Positions 53,409 through 61,392 of a stretch of 64,000 nucleotides of DNA are shown piece by piece. Source of the DNA: Thermoplasmata archaeon (GTDB taxonomy: Archaea; Thermoplasmatota; Thermoplasmata; Lutacidiplasmatales; UBA184); assembly GCA_035499455.1 (NCBI GenBank), contig DATJYS010000001.1:21594-85593 (forward strand), read 5' to 3'. How positions within the stretch are numbered: the stretch's first letter is position 1; each line of letters starts with the position of its first letter. The position numbers were made by a program, and so were the translations under genes. The notes under the pieces are model-generated. The model did not search any database and had not been told where the DNA came from. It saw only the letters and a list, made by a program, of their open reading frames with translations.

Positions 53409-54130
53409 ACCCTCCGAACCCGTTCGCCTACAGCTGGACCCAGACGCCGCCGGCCCACCGGGCCGCCCCGGCGCGGGTCACCACCTCCCGGACGGAACTG
53501 CTCCACCTCGGCGTCTCGTTCGCCGTCCTGACGGCCTGCTTCTACCTGATCCTCTCCCGGAACGTCCTCCTAGGGGGCGGAGGCGGGTTTCCCGGAGGGC
53601 CCCTGATCCAGCTCCCGGTCGCCGGGGTCACGGCGCTGACCGGATTCGTCGCCCACGAACTCGCCCACAAAGTGACGGCCCAGCGACGGGGATACTGGGC
53701 CGAGTTCCGAGCTTCCCCCTACGGGCTCGTCTTCGCCCTGATCGTCTCCACGACGATCGGGTTCCTGTTCGCCGCTCCCGGGGCGACGATGGTGGGCGGG
53801 ATCCCGCAGAACGACGAGGACGGCTGGGGGCGCACGAGCATCGCGGGGCCGGCGACGAACGCCGGGTTCGCGGCGATTTTCTACGGGGGCGCCGTGCTGG
53901 TCGAGCTGTGGACGGCGAGCGCGCTCGTCGTCTACTCGCTCCTGTTCCTCGCGTACATCAACGCGTGGTTCGGCACGTTCAATCTCATCCCGTTCGGCGC
54001 GTTGGACGGACGCAAGGTCTACCTGTGGGACCGGGGCCGCTGGGCGGTGGCGATGTCGGGAATGGCCGCCGCCTCCGTCCTGACCTTCCTCGCGCTGTAC
54101 GAGTACGCGAGTCCGTTCCTCGGGCGCTAG
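53405..54130 (+). CDS. Site-2 protease family (M50) membrane metalloprotease
   Basis: FVAHELAHKVTAQRRG (HExxH) and NAWFGTFNLIPFGALDGRKV (NxxPxxxLDG). ATGA overlap with the upstream stop. Confidence 0.8.
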   Translation: MNPPNPFAYSWTQTPPAHRAAPARVTTSRTELLHLGVSFAVLTACFYLILSRNVLLGGGGGFPGGPLIQLPVAGVTALTGFVAHELAHKVTAQRRGYWAEFRASPYGLVFALIVSTTIGFLFAAPGATMVGGIPQNDEDGWGRTSIAGPATNAGFAAIFYGGAVLVELWTASALVVYSLLFLAYINAWFGTFNLIPFGALDGRKVYLWDRGRWAVAMSGMAAASVLTFLALYEYASPFLGR

Positions 54131-54142
54131 GGACGGGGACCG

Positions 54143-55078
54143 ATGACGAGCCCTCGGGTCCTGGAGCTCGGCCGCGACCGCCAGCTGCTCGACCTTGACT
54201 TTCGCGACGCCGAAGGACTGGTCGCCGCCTACCTGCTCCCCGAGGACGACGGCTGGACCCTGATCGAGACCGGGCCGACGACGTGCCGGGCGGCCCTGCT
54301 GGCCGGCCTGGAGCGAGCGGGGGTCGAGCGCTCCGCCGTCCGTCGCGTGCTGGTGACGCACATTCACCTCGACCACGCCGGAGGGATGGGGGCGCTCGCC
54401 GAGGCGCTGCCGCGGGCCGAGTTCTACGCCCACGAGCTCGGGGTCCCGCACCTGGTCGACCCGACCAAGCTCATCGCGAGCGCGCGGCGCGCCTGGGGCG
54501 CCGCGATGGACCCGCTCTGGGGCGCGGTCGTACCGGTACCGCCCGACCGGGTCCACGCCCTTCGGGGCGGCGAGCGGCTCCCGCTCCGGGGCAGTTTCCT
54601 CGAGGTGATCGCGACGCCGGGCCACGCGAAGCACCATCTCGCGTTCTTCGACACGGCGATCCGGGGGGTCTTCACCGGGGACGGCGCCGGCGTTCGGCTC
54701 GAGCGCTCGCCTCACGTCCGGCCCGCGGTGCCCCCCCCGGACCTCGACCTCGACCAGCTGTTCGCGAGCCTCGAGGCGATGCGGAGGACCGACCCCGCCC
54801 TGGTCCTGTTCAGCCATTTCGGACCCAGCCCGGACGGGGCCGCGGACCTGGTCCGGTACCGCACGACCGTCGAGCGATGGCGGGACGTGGCGCTCGCCGC
54901 CGCGCGGGAGGACCGCGCGGTCGACCACGTGGCGAAGGCGCTCCGGAGCTACGACGGCTCGCTCGACCGGGCCGAGGCGCACGATCGGGAGTCGCTCGTC
55001 TCGGGCTACGAGCTGGCGGCGATGGGGTTCCTCCGGTACTTTGAGACCCGCGGGCTGTTGCCCGGGGCCCCGACGTGA
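54143..55078 (+). CDS. MBL-fold metallo-hydrolase
   Basis: VLVTHIHLDHAGGMGAL (HxHxDH) and VIATPGHAKHH. Confidence 0.8.
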   Translation: MTSPRVLELGRDRQLLDLDFRDAEGLVAAYLLPEDDGWTLIETGPTTCRAALLAGLERAGVERSAVRRVLVTHIHLDHAGGMGALAEALPRAEFYAHELGVPHLVDPTKLIASARRAWGAAMDPLWGAVVPVPPDRVHALRGGERLPLRGSFLEVIATPGHAKHHLAFFDTAIRGVFTGDGAGVRLERSPHVRPAVPPPDLDLDQLFASLEAMRRTDPALVLFSHFGPSPDGAADLVRYRTTVERWRDVALAAAREDRAVDHVAKALRSYDGSLDRAEAHDRESLVSGYELAAMGFLRYFETRGLLPGAPT

Positions 55079-56292
55079 GGCGGGCGACGGTGCGATCCTC
55101 CGGGGTCGCCCTCGGAGCGCTGTTCTTCGCCCGGGCCGTCTACGCGTTCAACTGGTACGACATCGGCGCGGTCCTCCCGATCGTCCGCCAGCAGTGGGGC
55201 ACCGCGCCGATCCACCTCGTGGTCGTCCTCTCGGCGTTCCTCGTGGGGGCGGGGATCTTCCAGCTCCCCGCCGGCTTCACCGCCCTGCGGTGGGGGAATC
55301 GGGCGACCGCGATCGCCGCCCTGGCCGTCATGGCCGCGTTCACCCTCGCCTCGTCCGTCGCCCCCAACTGGATCGTCCTCGCCGCCACGCGCTTCGGCGC
55401 GGGCGCCGGCGCCGCCTTCTTCTTCGCTCCCGCGCTCGGACTCGCCACTTCGTACTACCCGGCGGGTACGCGGGGTCCGGTGATCGGCATCTTCAACGCG
55501 GGGTTCAGCCTCGGCTCGGGGATCAGTCTCGTCGCCGGAGCGCTCGTCGGCCTCGCCATCGGCTGGCACTGGGCGCTCGCGGTGGGCGGTCTGCTGCTGG
55601 TCGCCGGGACCGCGGTGGCGTTCGTCCTCCTTCCCCGGGTGCCGAACGAGGGCTCGCCGAGTCGGGCCCGCGACCTCTGGCGCGCCAGCGCCCCCGTGCT
55701 CACCTCCGTCCCGCTGTGGGCGCTCGCCCTCGGGACGAGCGGCCTCTGGTCCGCGTTCTACGTCGCCGCCCAGGCGTTCCCCCTCTACGCGAGCTCCGCG
55801 CATCCGGCCTGGGGCCTCGCCCTGATCGACGCCATCCCCACGGCCATGATCGTCGCCGAGATCCCGGGCGGACCCGTCGGGGGGTGGCTCGGAGAACGCC
55901 GGGGGGAACTGCGCTGGACCCTCGCCCTCTGGGGGATCCTCACCGCCGCCCTGCTCGCCCTCGTCCCATACTTCGGGCTGACCGACACCTGGGGGGCGTT
56001 CCTGCTTCTGGGGTTCGCGGACGGCGCGGTCTTCGCCGTCCTCTACCTCATCCCGACGTATCTTCCGCAGCTCGGTCGGTCCGAGTTCGCGCTCGCCCTC
56101 GCGCTCCTGAACTCGATCCAGATCTTCATCGGGGGCGGGTTCGCGCTCGTCTTTGCGTACGTCGCCGTCCGGCAGGGGTACCCGGTCGCCTGGCTGCTGA
56201 CGGGAGCGTTCGCGGCCGGCCTGCTCCCGCTCCTCCACTGGGTGCCGCGGTCCCACGGGACCGCCGCCCGGCCGATCGCTTCCGGGGACTGA
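55075..56292 (+). CDS. MFS transporter
   Basis: 12 hydrophobic helices. Loop motif LRWGNRAT. GTGA overlap with the MBL gene. Confidence 0.8.
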   Translation: MRRATVRSSGVALGALFFARAVYAFNWYDIGAVLPIVRQQWGTAPIHLVVVLSAFLVGAGIFQLPAGFTALRWGNRATAIAALAVMAAFTLASSVAPNWIVLAATRFGAGAGAAFFFAPALGLATSYYPAGTRGPVIGIFNAGFSLGSGISLVAGALVGLAIGWHWALAVGGLLLVAGTAVAFVLLPRVPNEGSPSRARDLWRASAPVLTSVPLWALALGTSGLWSAFYVAAQAFPLYASSAHPAWGLALIDAIPTAMIVAEIPGGPVGGWLGERRGELRWTLALWGILTAALLALVPYFGLTDTWGAFLLLGFADGAVFAVLYLIPTYLPQLGRSEFALALALLNSIQIFIGGGFALVFAYVAVRQGYPVAWLLTGAFAAGLLPLLHWVPRSHGTAARPIASGD

Positions 56293-56384
56293 ATCGGGCG
56301 CTCTACGCGGGAGGGAGTGCTCTCCTTCCGCAGCCCGCGCGTCCCCCGTGGGTTCTTTTGTATCCGACCCCGGTGCGAGCATGC

Positions 56385-56457
56385 AGCCCCGTGGTGTAGT
56401 GGCCAAGCATGCTGGCCTTTGGAGCCGGCGACAGCGGTTCGAATCCGCTCGGGGCTA
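56385..56457 (+). tRNA. tRNA-Gln (anticodon UUG)
   Basis: Folded by hand. Acceptor AGCCCCG/CGGGGCT. D arm GTGT-AGTGGCCAA-GCAT. Anticodon stem CTGGC/GCCGG with loop CTTTGGA. T arm AGCGG-TTCGAAT-CCGCT. Discriminator A. No encoded CCA. ttttgtat TATA-like element ~25 nt upstream (56355-56363). Confidence 0.85.
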
Positions 56458-56458
56458 T

Positions 56459-56480
56459 GGTTCGAATCCGACCGGAGCCA
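56459..56480 (+). other. Orphan 3' fragment of a second tRNA (T-loop + 3' acceptor strand)
   Basis: ggttcgaatccgaccggagcca starts 2 nt after tRNA-Gln. It repeats GGTTCGAATCCG of the tRNA-Gln T arm, then diverges (GACCGGAGCC-A vs CTCGGGGCT-A). No matching 5' half (GGCTCCG...) lies nearby. Confidence 0.45.
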
Positions 56481-56679
56481 TCCTGTGGAAGGCCCCGCTG
56501 GGCGGAGCGGGCGAACGGTGGTACTCGGGGGCATCGGCAGGGCGGGGATTCTACCCTCGGATCGATGGGAACCGCACCGCCCGACGTTTTGAGTGCAATG
56601 CAGAATCCCGTCGCCTCGGACCTCCGGCCCCTTGGAGCACGACCCATCCTCCCCAGCGAGCGAGCTCGCCGTGGAGGAG

Positions 56680-57240
56680 TCAGAGGGTCCCGGCGGCCAA
56701 CCCGACGTGCGAGAGCTGATGGAGAAACCGTTTCACCGGCGGGGGGGACATCTGATCGTCCGGAATCTCGGCGGCCAAGAAGATCCCGTCTCGGAGCGCG
56801 AAGAGTCCGTGCGCAATGCGGCGATGGCCGCGAACTCCCACTCCGAAGGCTGCCTTGAACGCGGCGCGACTGTCCGCGTCGGTCTCCTCGAGCGTGTACC
56901 CGGGAGCCCTTAGTTCCGGGTGGTACTGTTCGACCTCTCGCCAGTGGCGCGCCGAATCCGCCGCGACGTGGACCAGCCGCGGCGGGGAATCAAATCCCGC
57001 GAGCTCCTTCTCGAGGTCGACGATCTGGTAAATGCACGCGTGCTTCTCGATGTTGGGCAGCGTCGAGACCACGACCGGACCGTGTTGCAGATCGGCGGCA
57101 AGAAGAGGGACGGGGGCAAAGTGCGCCGGGGCGAGGGAGAACCCGCCCACCAGGCTCGCCCCGACGCGGGGGGCGGGCCCCTCGAGCTCGATCACGGTCT
57201 CGCCCAAGCGTGCGGTGCGAGGCCCGGTCGGCTCAGTCAT
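56680..57240 (-). CDS. Tpx-like thiol peroxidase / redoxin (single conserved Cys)
   Basis: GPVVVSTLPNIEKHACIYQIVDLEKELAGF...VHVAADSARHW...AAFGVGVRGHRRIAHGLFALRDGIFLAAEI parallels the Tpx layout (vPSlDTpvC...). The usual resolving Cys is not present. Confidence 0.6.
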   Translation of the reverse strand: MTEPTGPRTARLGETVIELEGPAPRVGASLVGGFSLAPAHFAPVPLLAADLQHGPVVVSTLPNIEKHACIYQIVDLEKELAGFDSPPRLVHVAADSARHWREVEQYHPELRAPGYTLEETDADSRAAFKAAFGVGVRGHRRIAHGLFALRDGIFLAAEIPDDQMSPPPVKRFLHQLSHVGLAAGTL

Positions 57241-57345
57241 CTCCTCCGGCTCGCCGGTGACCCCGTTCGCCCCCGGAACCGCAGTTTCTCGATCGAACCT
57301 CGCGGTCGTCCGTAGGGTGACGCCGCGCAGTGGACGGCCGCGTAC

Positions 57346-58689
57346 TCATACGGGGACGTTCACTCCTCCGGCCGAGAGCAGCAGCAGTACGTTCAGGACG
57401 AGAATCGTGACGCCGCTGAGCACGGCGAGGATGGTGATGTAGGGCCGATTGACGAAGAAGCTCCCCATGAACTTCTTGCGGCTCGTGTACCAGATCAGCG
57501 GGATCAGGGGCAGCGGGATGAGCAAGCTGAGAGCCACCTGGCTGTAGATCAGCAGGAGGATGGGGCTCATCCCGAGAAGGATCGCGACGCTCGCGGGGAC
57601 GACGTTGATGACCCGGAGTACGATGCGACGTAGCCAGGGGTTCACCTTCGAGCCGAGCAACCCTTCGAACAGGGCCTGCCCCGCCAGCACCCCGACCGTG
57701 GAGGCCGAGAGCCCCGAGAACAGGAGCGTGAGCGCGAAGATCGTCGCCGCGGCGAACCCAAAGAGGGGGATCAGGGTGTAGTACGCGTCGTTGAGCGTGA
57801 GTCCGCCGTTGGCGTTGGTCACCACAAAGAATGCCGCGGCCGCCATGACCAGGATCCCGACCTGGATCGCTCCCGCGAATCCCAGATTGACGATGGTGTC
57901 CCATCGATGGTACCGGAGCAGCTTCTGGCGTTCGGCGAGATCCATGCCGACCACCTTGTTCTTGGTCAGGTAGGATTGGAGGACCAGCGTGTGGGGCATG
58001 ACCGTGGCCCCGACGATCGCGACGACGACGACCAGCTCGGTGGCGTTCGAGAAGACGGGGATGAACGCCCCGCGGGCGACCGCGCCCCACGAGGGCCCCG
58101 CCAAGAACATCTCGTAGACATACCCCATCGCGACCCCGAGGACCATCGTGCAGACCGCGATCTCGATTCGCCGGAACTTCGAGCCGGCCAGGAAGAAGAC
58201 GAGCACCACGTCGAACGCACCGATCCAGGCCGCGACGAGGAGCGAGATGGCGCCGTTGGAGAGCAGGAAGATGGCGAAGGTCACCCCAAGAAACTCCGCC
58301 AGGTCGGTGACGAGGGCAAAGCACTCGCACGCGACCCAATACGTGAGGACTTTCCATCGCGTCTGCAGGCTGTCGTGGACCAGCTCGGCGAGCGACTTCC
58401 CGGTGGCGATGCCGATCTTCCCCGAAAGGTACTGAAGGAGGATGGCCATGCAATTCGTGAGCATAACGGCCCAGAGGAGGAGGTACCCGAATCCGGCCCC
58501 GGCGTCGAGATCCGCGGCGATGTTTCCGGGATCGATGTACGCCACCGAGGCGAGGATCGCCGGGCCAAAGTAGGCGAGATACCGCGTCCGGATCGTATGC
58601 TTTCCCGACCAGATGTGGATGAGACCGGGGGAAGGGTGGCCCGCCTCCCCGACCGCTACGCCGTCCACTGAACGTTCGCCCCCCGGCAA
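57346..58689 (-). CDS. mntH: NRAMP-family divalent metal (Mn2+/Fe2+) transporter
   Basis: FGPAILASVAYIDPGNIAADLDAGAGFGYLLLWAVMLTNCMAILLQYLSGKIGIATGKSLAE. 11 TM helices. Start (TTG 58689 or a downstream GTG) uncertain. Confidence 0.9.
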   Translation of the reverse strand: MPGGERSVDGVAVGEAGHPSPGLIHIWSGKHTIRTRYLAYFGPAILASVAYIDPGNIAADLDAGAGFGYLLLWAVMLTNCMAILLQYLSGKIGIATGKSLAELVHDSLQTRWKVLTYWVACECFALVTDLAEFLGVTFAIFLLSNGAISLLVAAWIGAFDVVLVFFLAGSKFRRIEIAVCTMVLGVAMGYVYEMFLAGPSWGAVARGAFIPVFSNATELVVVVAIVGATVMPHTLVLQSYLTKNKVVGMDLAERQKLLRYHRWDTIVNLGFAGAIQVGILVMAAAAFFVVTNANGGLTLNDAYYTLIPLFGFAAATIFALTLLFSGLSASTVGVLAGQALFEGLLGSKVNPWLRRIVLRVINVVPASVAILLGMSPILLLIYSQVALSLLIPLPLIPLIWYTSRKKFMGSFFVNRPYITILAVLSGVTILVLNVLLLLSAGGVNVPV

Positions 58690-58744
58690 ACAGCCCCGTG
58701 CTCGAGGGGAAATGCGTGCATCGTGTCGGTCGCACCGCTGGAAC

Positions 58745-58775
58745 CATTAATAAGTAGACCCAAAATTATTAGGGT
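58745..58775. promoter_or_regulatory. AT-rich mntH upstream element with inverted repeat TAATAA-n12-TTATTA
   Basis: cattaataagtagacccaaaattattagg. Arms at 58748-58753 and 58766-58771, 55-85 nt upstream of the mntH ORF start. Confidence 0.4.
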
Positions 58776-59051
58776 GTGGCAAGCTAATTCATGAATCCTC
58801 GAGAGGACGCACTCGGGCGCGCCCGGAACTCATCGTGGATAGGTCCTTCATCCCCCGATCGACCTACCCCCGAAACTCTGCCTCCCCCGCGGATCGAGCA
58901 GGGCCGCGGCCCGGTACGGACGAGTCGTTAATCGCGGACGTCCCAAGTTTCTCTCGCCGCGACGACCGACTCGAGCGCGGTGACGTCGTCAACCTAACTG
59001 TTAGCCCTACCCTTCAAGACCTGCCGCGCCATCGGCTACTGAGGTCCAGGT

Positions 59052-59210
59052 ATGCCCGGAGATCACAAGGAGATCGACGCGCTGCATCGAGAGCTCGACG
59101 CGCTGCACAAGGAAGTCGACAACATTCACAAGAAGGTTCACGCCGAGGTGGACAAGCTCCACGAGGTCGTGGATATCCTTCACAAGGAGATCCACCGGAA
59201 GAAGCAGTGA
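59052..59210 (+). CDS. Untracked 52-aa His/Asp heptad-repeat coiled-coil protein
   Basis: Hand translation: MPGDHKEIDALHRELDALHKEVDNIHKKVHAEVDKLHEVVDILHKEIHRKKQ. 44 of 52 codons end in G/C. The other open frames here (track 58835..59236 +, 59007..59195 -) are by-products of the repeat. Confidence 0.6.
   Translation: MPGDHKEIDALHRELDALHKEVDNIHKKVHAEVDKLHEVVDILHKEIHRKKQ
59064..59198 (+). repeat. Imperfect 21-bp (heptad-codon) tandem repeats
   Basis: Units cac-aag-gag-atc-gac-gcg-ctg / cat-cga-gag-ctc-gac-gcg-ctg / cac-aag-gaa-gtc-gac-aac-att / ... Five full units and two 12-bp partial units. Confidence 0.7.
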
Positions 59211-59268
59211 CTCTCGCGAGATTCAACCGGACTTGAACCTGTCCCTGGTCGCGGGTAGGAAGACGTCC

Positions 59269-59691
59269 ATGGAAGGCAAGTTCACGAATGTCGCGCTCGT
59301 CGTCAGCAACCAACAGCGCTCCGTCGAGTTCTTCACCGAGAAGGTCGGGTTCGAGATCAAGACGGACGTCGCCCCCAAGGCTGGGTCCCGGTACGTGACG
59401 GTCGGACCGAAGGGCCAGGAGCTCGAGATCATGCTCTGGGAGGTCGGCGGGGTGACGGACCCCTCCCAGAGGGAGCTCTCGAAGGGGTGGGCTCCGGCGA
59501 AATCCCCGCCGATCGTGCTGCGGGTCACCGACTGCCGGGCGGCCCATCGCGAGCTCAGCGGCCGGGGGGTCCGATTTCACCAGGAGCCGTTCGACCATCC
59601 CTGGGGAACCTCCGCCACGTTTGTGGACCCCGATGGCAATCTGTTCTCGATGAACCAGCCCCCCGCGGGCGCCGCGTGGGCGAAGAAGTAA
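59269..59691 (+). CDS. VOC (glyoxalase/bleomycin-resistance/dioxygenase) family protein
   Basis: FTNVALVVSNQQRSVEFFTEKVGFEI...HPWGTSATFVDPDGNLFSM. Confidence 0.8.
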   Translation: MEGKFTNVALVVSNQQRSVEFFTEKVGFEIKTDVAPKAGSRYVTVGPKGQELEIMLWEVGGVTDPSQRELSKGWAPAKSPPIVLRVTDCRAAHRELSGRGVRFHQEPFDHPWGTSATFVDPDGNLFSMNQPPAGAAWAKK

Positions 59692-59702
59692 GGGGGGCGA
59701 CG

Positions 59703-60149
59703 ATGGGTGCACCCTCCCCCTCGCTGCTGATCGACCGGTACATCGCGAGCCTCCGAGACTGGAGGGGCGAACGCGTGTCGCAGATCCGGCGCCTCATGCA
59801 CGAGGCCGATCCCGAGGTCGTCGAAGAGTGGAAGTGGATGGGCACTCCGACGTGGTCGCACGATGGCGTCATCGCCGTGGCGACTCCGATGAAGGCGAAG
59901 GTGAAGATCACCTTCTCCCGCGGAGCGCACCTCCCCGATCCCCGGCGGGTCTTCAACAACGGACTCGGAGGGAAGGAGTGGCGGGCGATCGATATCGTGG
60001 AGACGTATCAGATCGACGAATCCGCCGTGAGGGAGCTGGTCCGCGCCGCCGTGCGCTTCAACCGCTCGGAAGCGGCCGACCAGCCGATCGCGCCTCGACG
60101 GGCGGGGTCACGCCCGACCCGCACGGCGACCCGGGCCCGCAAAGGCTAG
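59703..60149 (+). CDS. DUF1801 (YdhG-like) domain protein
   Basis: IDRYIASLRDWRGERVSQIRRLMHEADPEVVEEWKWMGTPTWSHDGVIAVATPMKAKVKITF. Confidence 0.65.
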   Translation: MGAPSPSLLIDRYIASLRDWRGERVSQIRRLMHEADPEVVEEWKWMGTPTWSHDGVIAVATPMKAKVKITFSRGAHLPDPRRVFNNGLGGKEWRAIDIVETYQIDESAVRELVRAAVRFNRSEAADQPIAPRRAGSRPTRTATRARKG

Positions 60150-60405
60150 CGCGTGGGCCGCCCCGCGCCTCTCGTCGGGGGGCGAAGGAGAGCATCGGTC
60201 TCACCCTTCCGGGATGCGGCGCTCCCGAACCGTCGGACCTCGCTCGGGGGTTAGACCCCATGGTTCCCCGAGGGAGAAGACTGATTAGCACGCCCGCGAG
60301 GGCCACCGCCGGGGTGAACCTTCTGCCACGCTTCGATGAGGAATCGCCACCGCCGCGCCCGCGGTGCCGCACCCATGGCCGCGTGCGGCGCGCGGCAGCC
60401 GTACC

Positions 60406-61392
60406 GTGAGCGAAGCGGTCGTCGCCCGCGCCTCGGGGCTCGGGTTCGCCTACCGGCCCGGTGATTTCGCCGTCCGGAACCTCGACCTCGAGCTGCGCCG
60501 GGGCGAGGTGTTCGGCCTGCTCGGCCGCAACGGCGCGGGCAAGACAACCACCGTTCGTCTCCTCACGACCCTGCTTCCCCCCACCGAGGGGACCGGGGAG
60601 CTGTTCGGGCGGGACCTCCGCCACTGCGGTCGGGCGGAGCGGCAGCGGATCGGGGTCGTGCTCCAGTCCGAGTCGCTCGACTTCGTGACGGTCGAGCGGA
60701 ACCTGACGCTCTACGCGTTCCTGTGGAGCGTCCCTCGCGAGGCGGCGAAGAGCCGCGCGGAGGAGATGCTCGAGCTGTTCGAGCTGGACCACGTCCGCCA
60801 CCGCAAGCCGTGGGCGCTCTCGGGGGGCGAGCGCCGCCGGTTCCAGGTCGCGCGCGAGTTGATGCACGACATGGAGCTCCTGTTCCTCGACGAGCCAACC
60901 GTCGGGCTCGATGCGCTGACGCGCAAGCGCATCCTCGCCTACCTCGCGCGCCGGGCGCGGGCGGGCCTCTCCATCGTGTTCACGACCCACATCCTCCACG
61001 AGGCCGACGAGCTGTGCGACCGGATCGGCATCCTGCAGGGGGGCCGTCTCCGGGCGACCGGCGCTCCCGCGGACCTGAAGCGGGGGTACCGCGGGTCGCG
61101 GTTCGTGGAGGCCGAGTTCGACCGGCCGGTGACGGTCGAGGAGGGCCGTGACCTCGACGCGATGCTCGCGCGCAAGAACCCGGAGTACACCGAGGTCGCG
61201 CGGGGACCGACCCGGATCGAGTTCCGCGCGCCGGACGCCGAGGGGCTGGTCGCCGAGCTCGCCGGCTGGGCCTCCTCGCGGGGGCTCAAGCTGCTGCGGA
61301 TCGCGGTCCGCGAGCCGACGCTCGAGGAAGCGTTCGTCGGCCTCGTGGCCGACGGCGCGGGCCTCGAGGACGACGGCGCGGAGGCGGCGTGA
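60406..61392 (+). CDS. ABC transporter ATP-binding protein (DrrA/ABC-2 type)
   Basis: GLLGRNGAGKTTT (Walker A), LSGGERRRFQVAREL (signature), LLFLDEPTVGLD (Walker B). GTG 60406. Confidence 0.9.
   Translation: MSEAVVARASGLGFAYRPGDFAVRNLDLELRRGEVFGLLGRNGAGKTTTVRLLTTLLPPTEGTGELFGRDLRHCGRAERQRIGVVLQSESLDFVTVERNLTLYAFLWSVPREAAKSRAEEMLELFELDHVRHRKPWALSGGERRRFQVARELMHDMELLFLDEPTVGLDALTRKRILAYLARRARAGLSIVFTTHILHEADELCDRIGILQGGRLRATGAPADLKRGYRGSRFVEAEFDRPVTVEEGRDLDAMLARKNPEYTEVARGPTRIEFRAPDAEGLVAELAGWASSRGLKLLRIAVREPTLEEAFVGLVADGAGLEDDGAEAA

Noticed and set aside
58835-59236. 133-aa plus-strand ORF and 62-aa minus-strand ORF (59007..59195) over the repeat region
   Set aside because: Both stay open only because of the 21-bp repeat. 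Their third-position G/C is lower than that of the His/Asp heptad frame (59052..59210), which I prefer.
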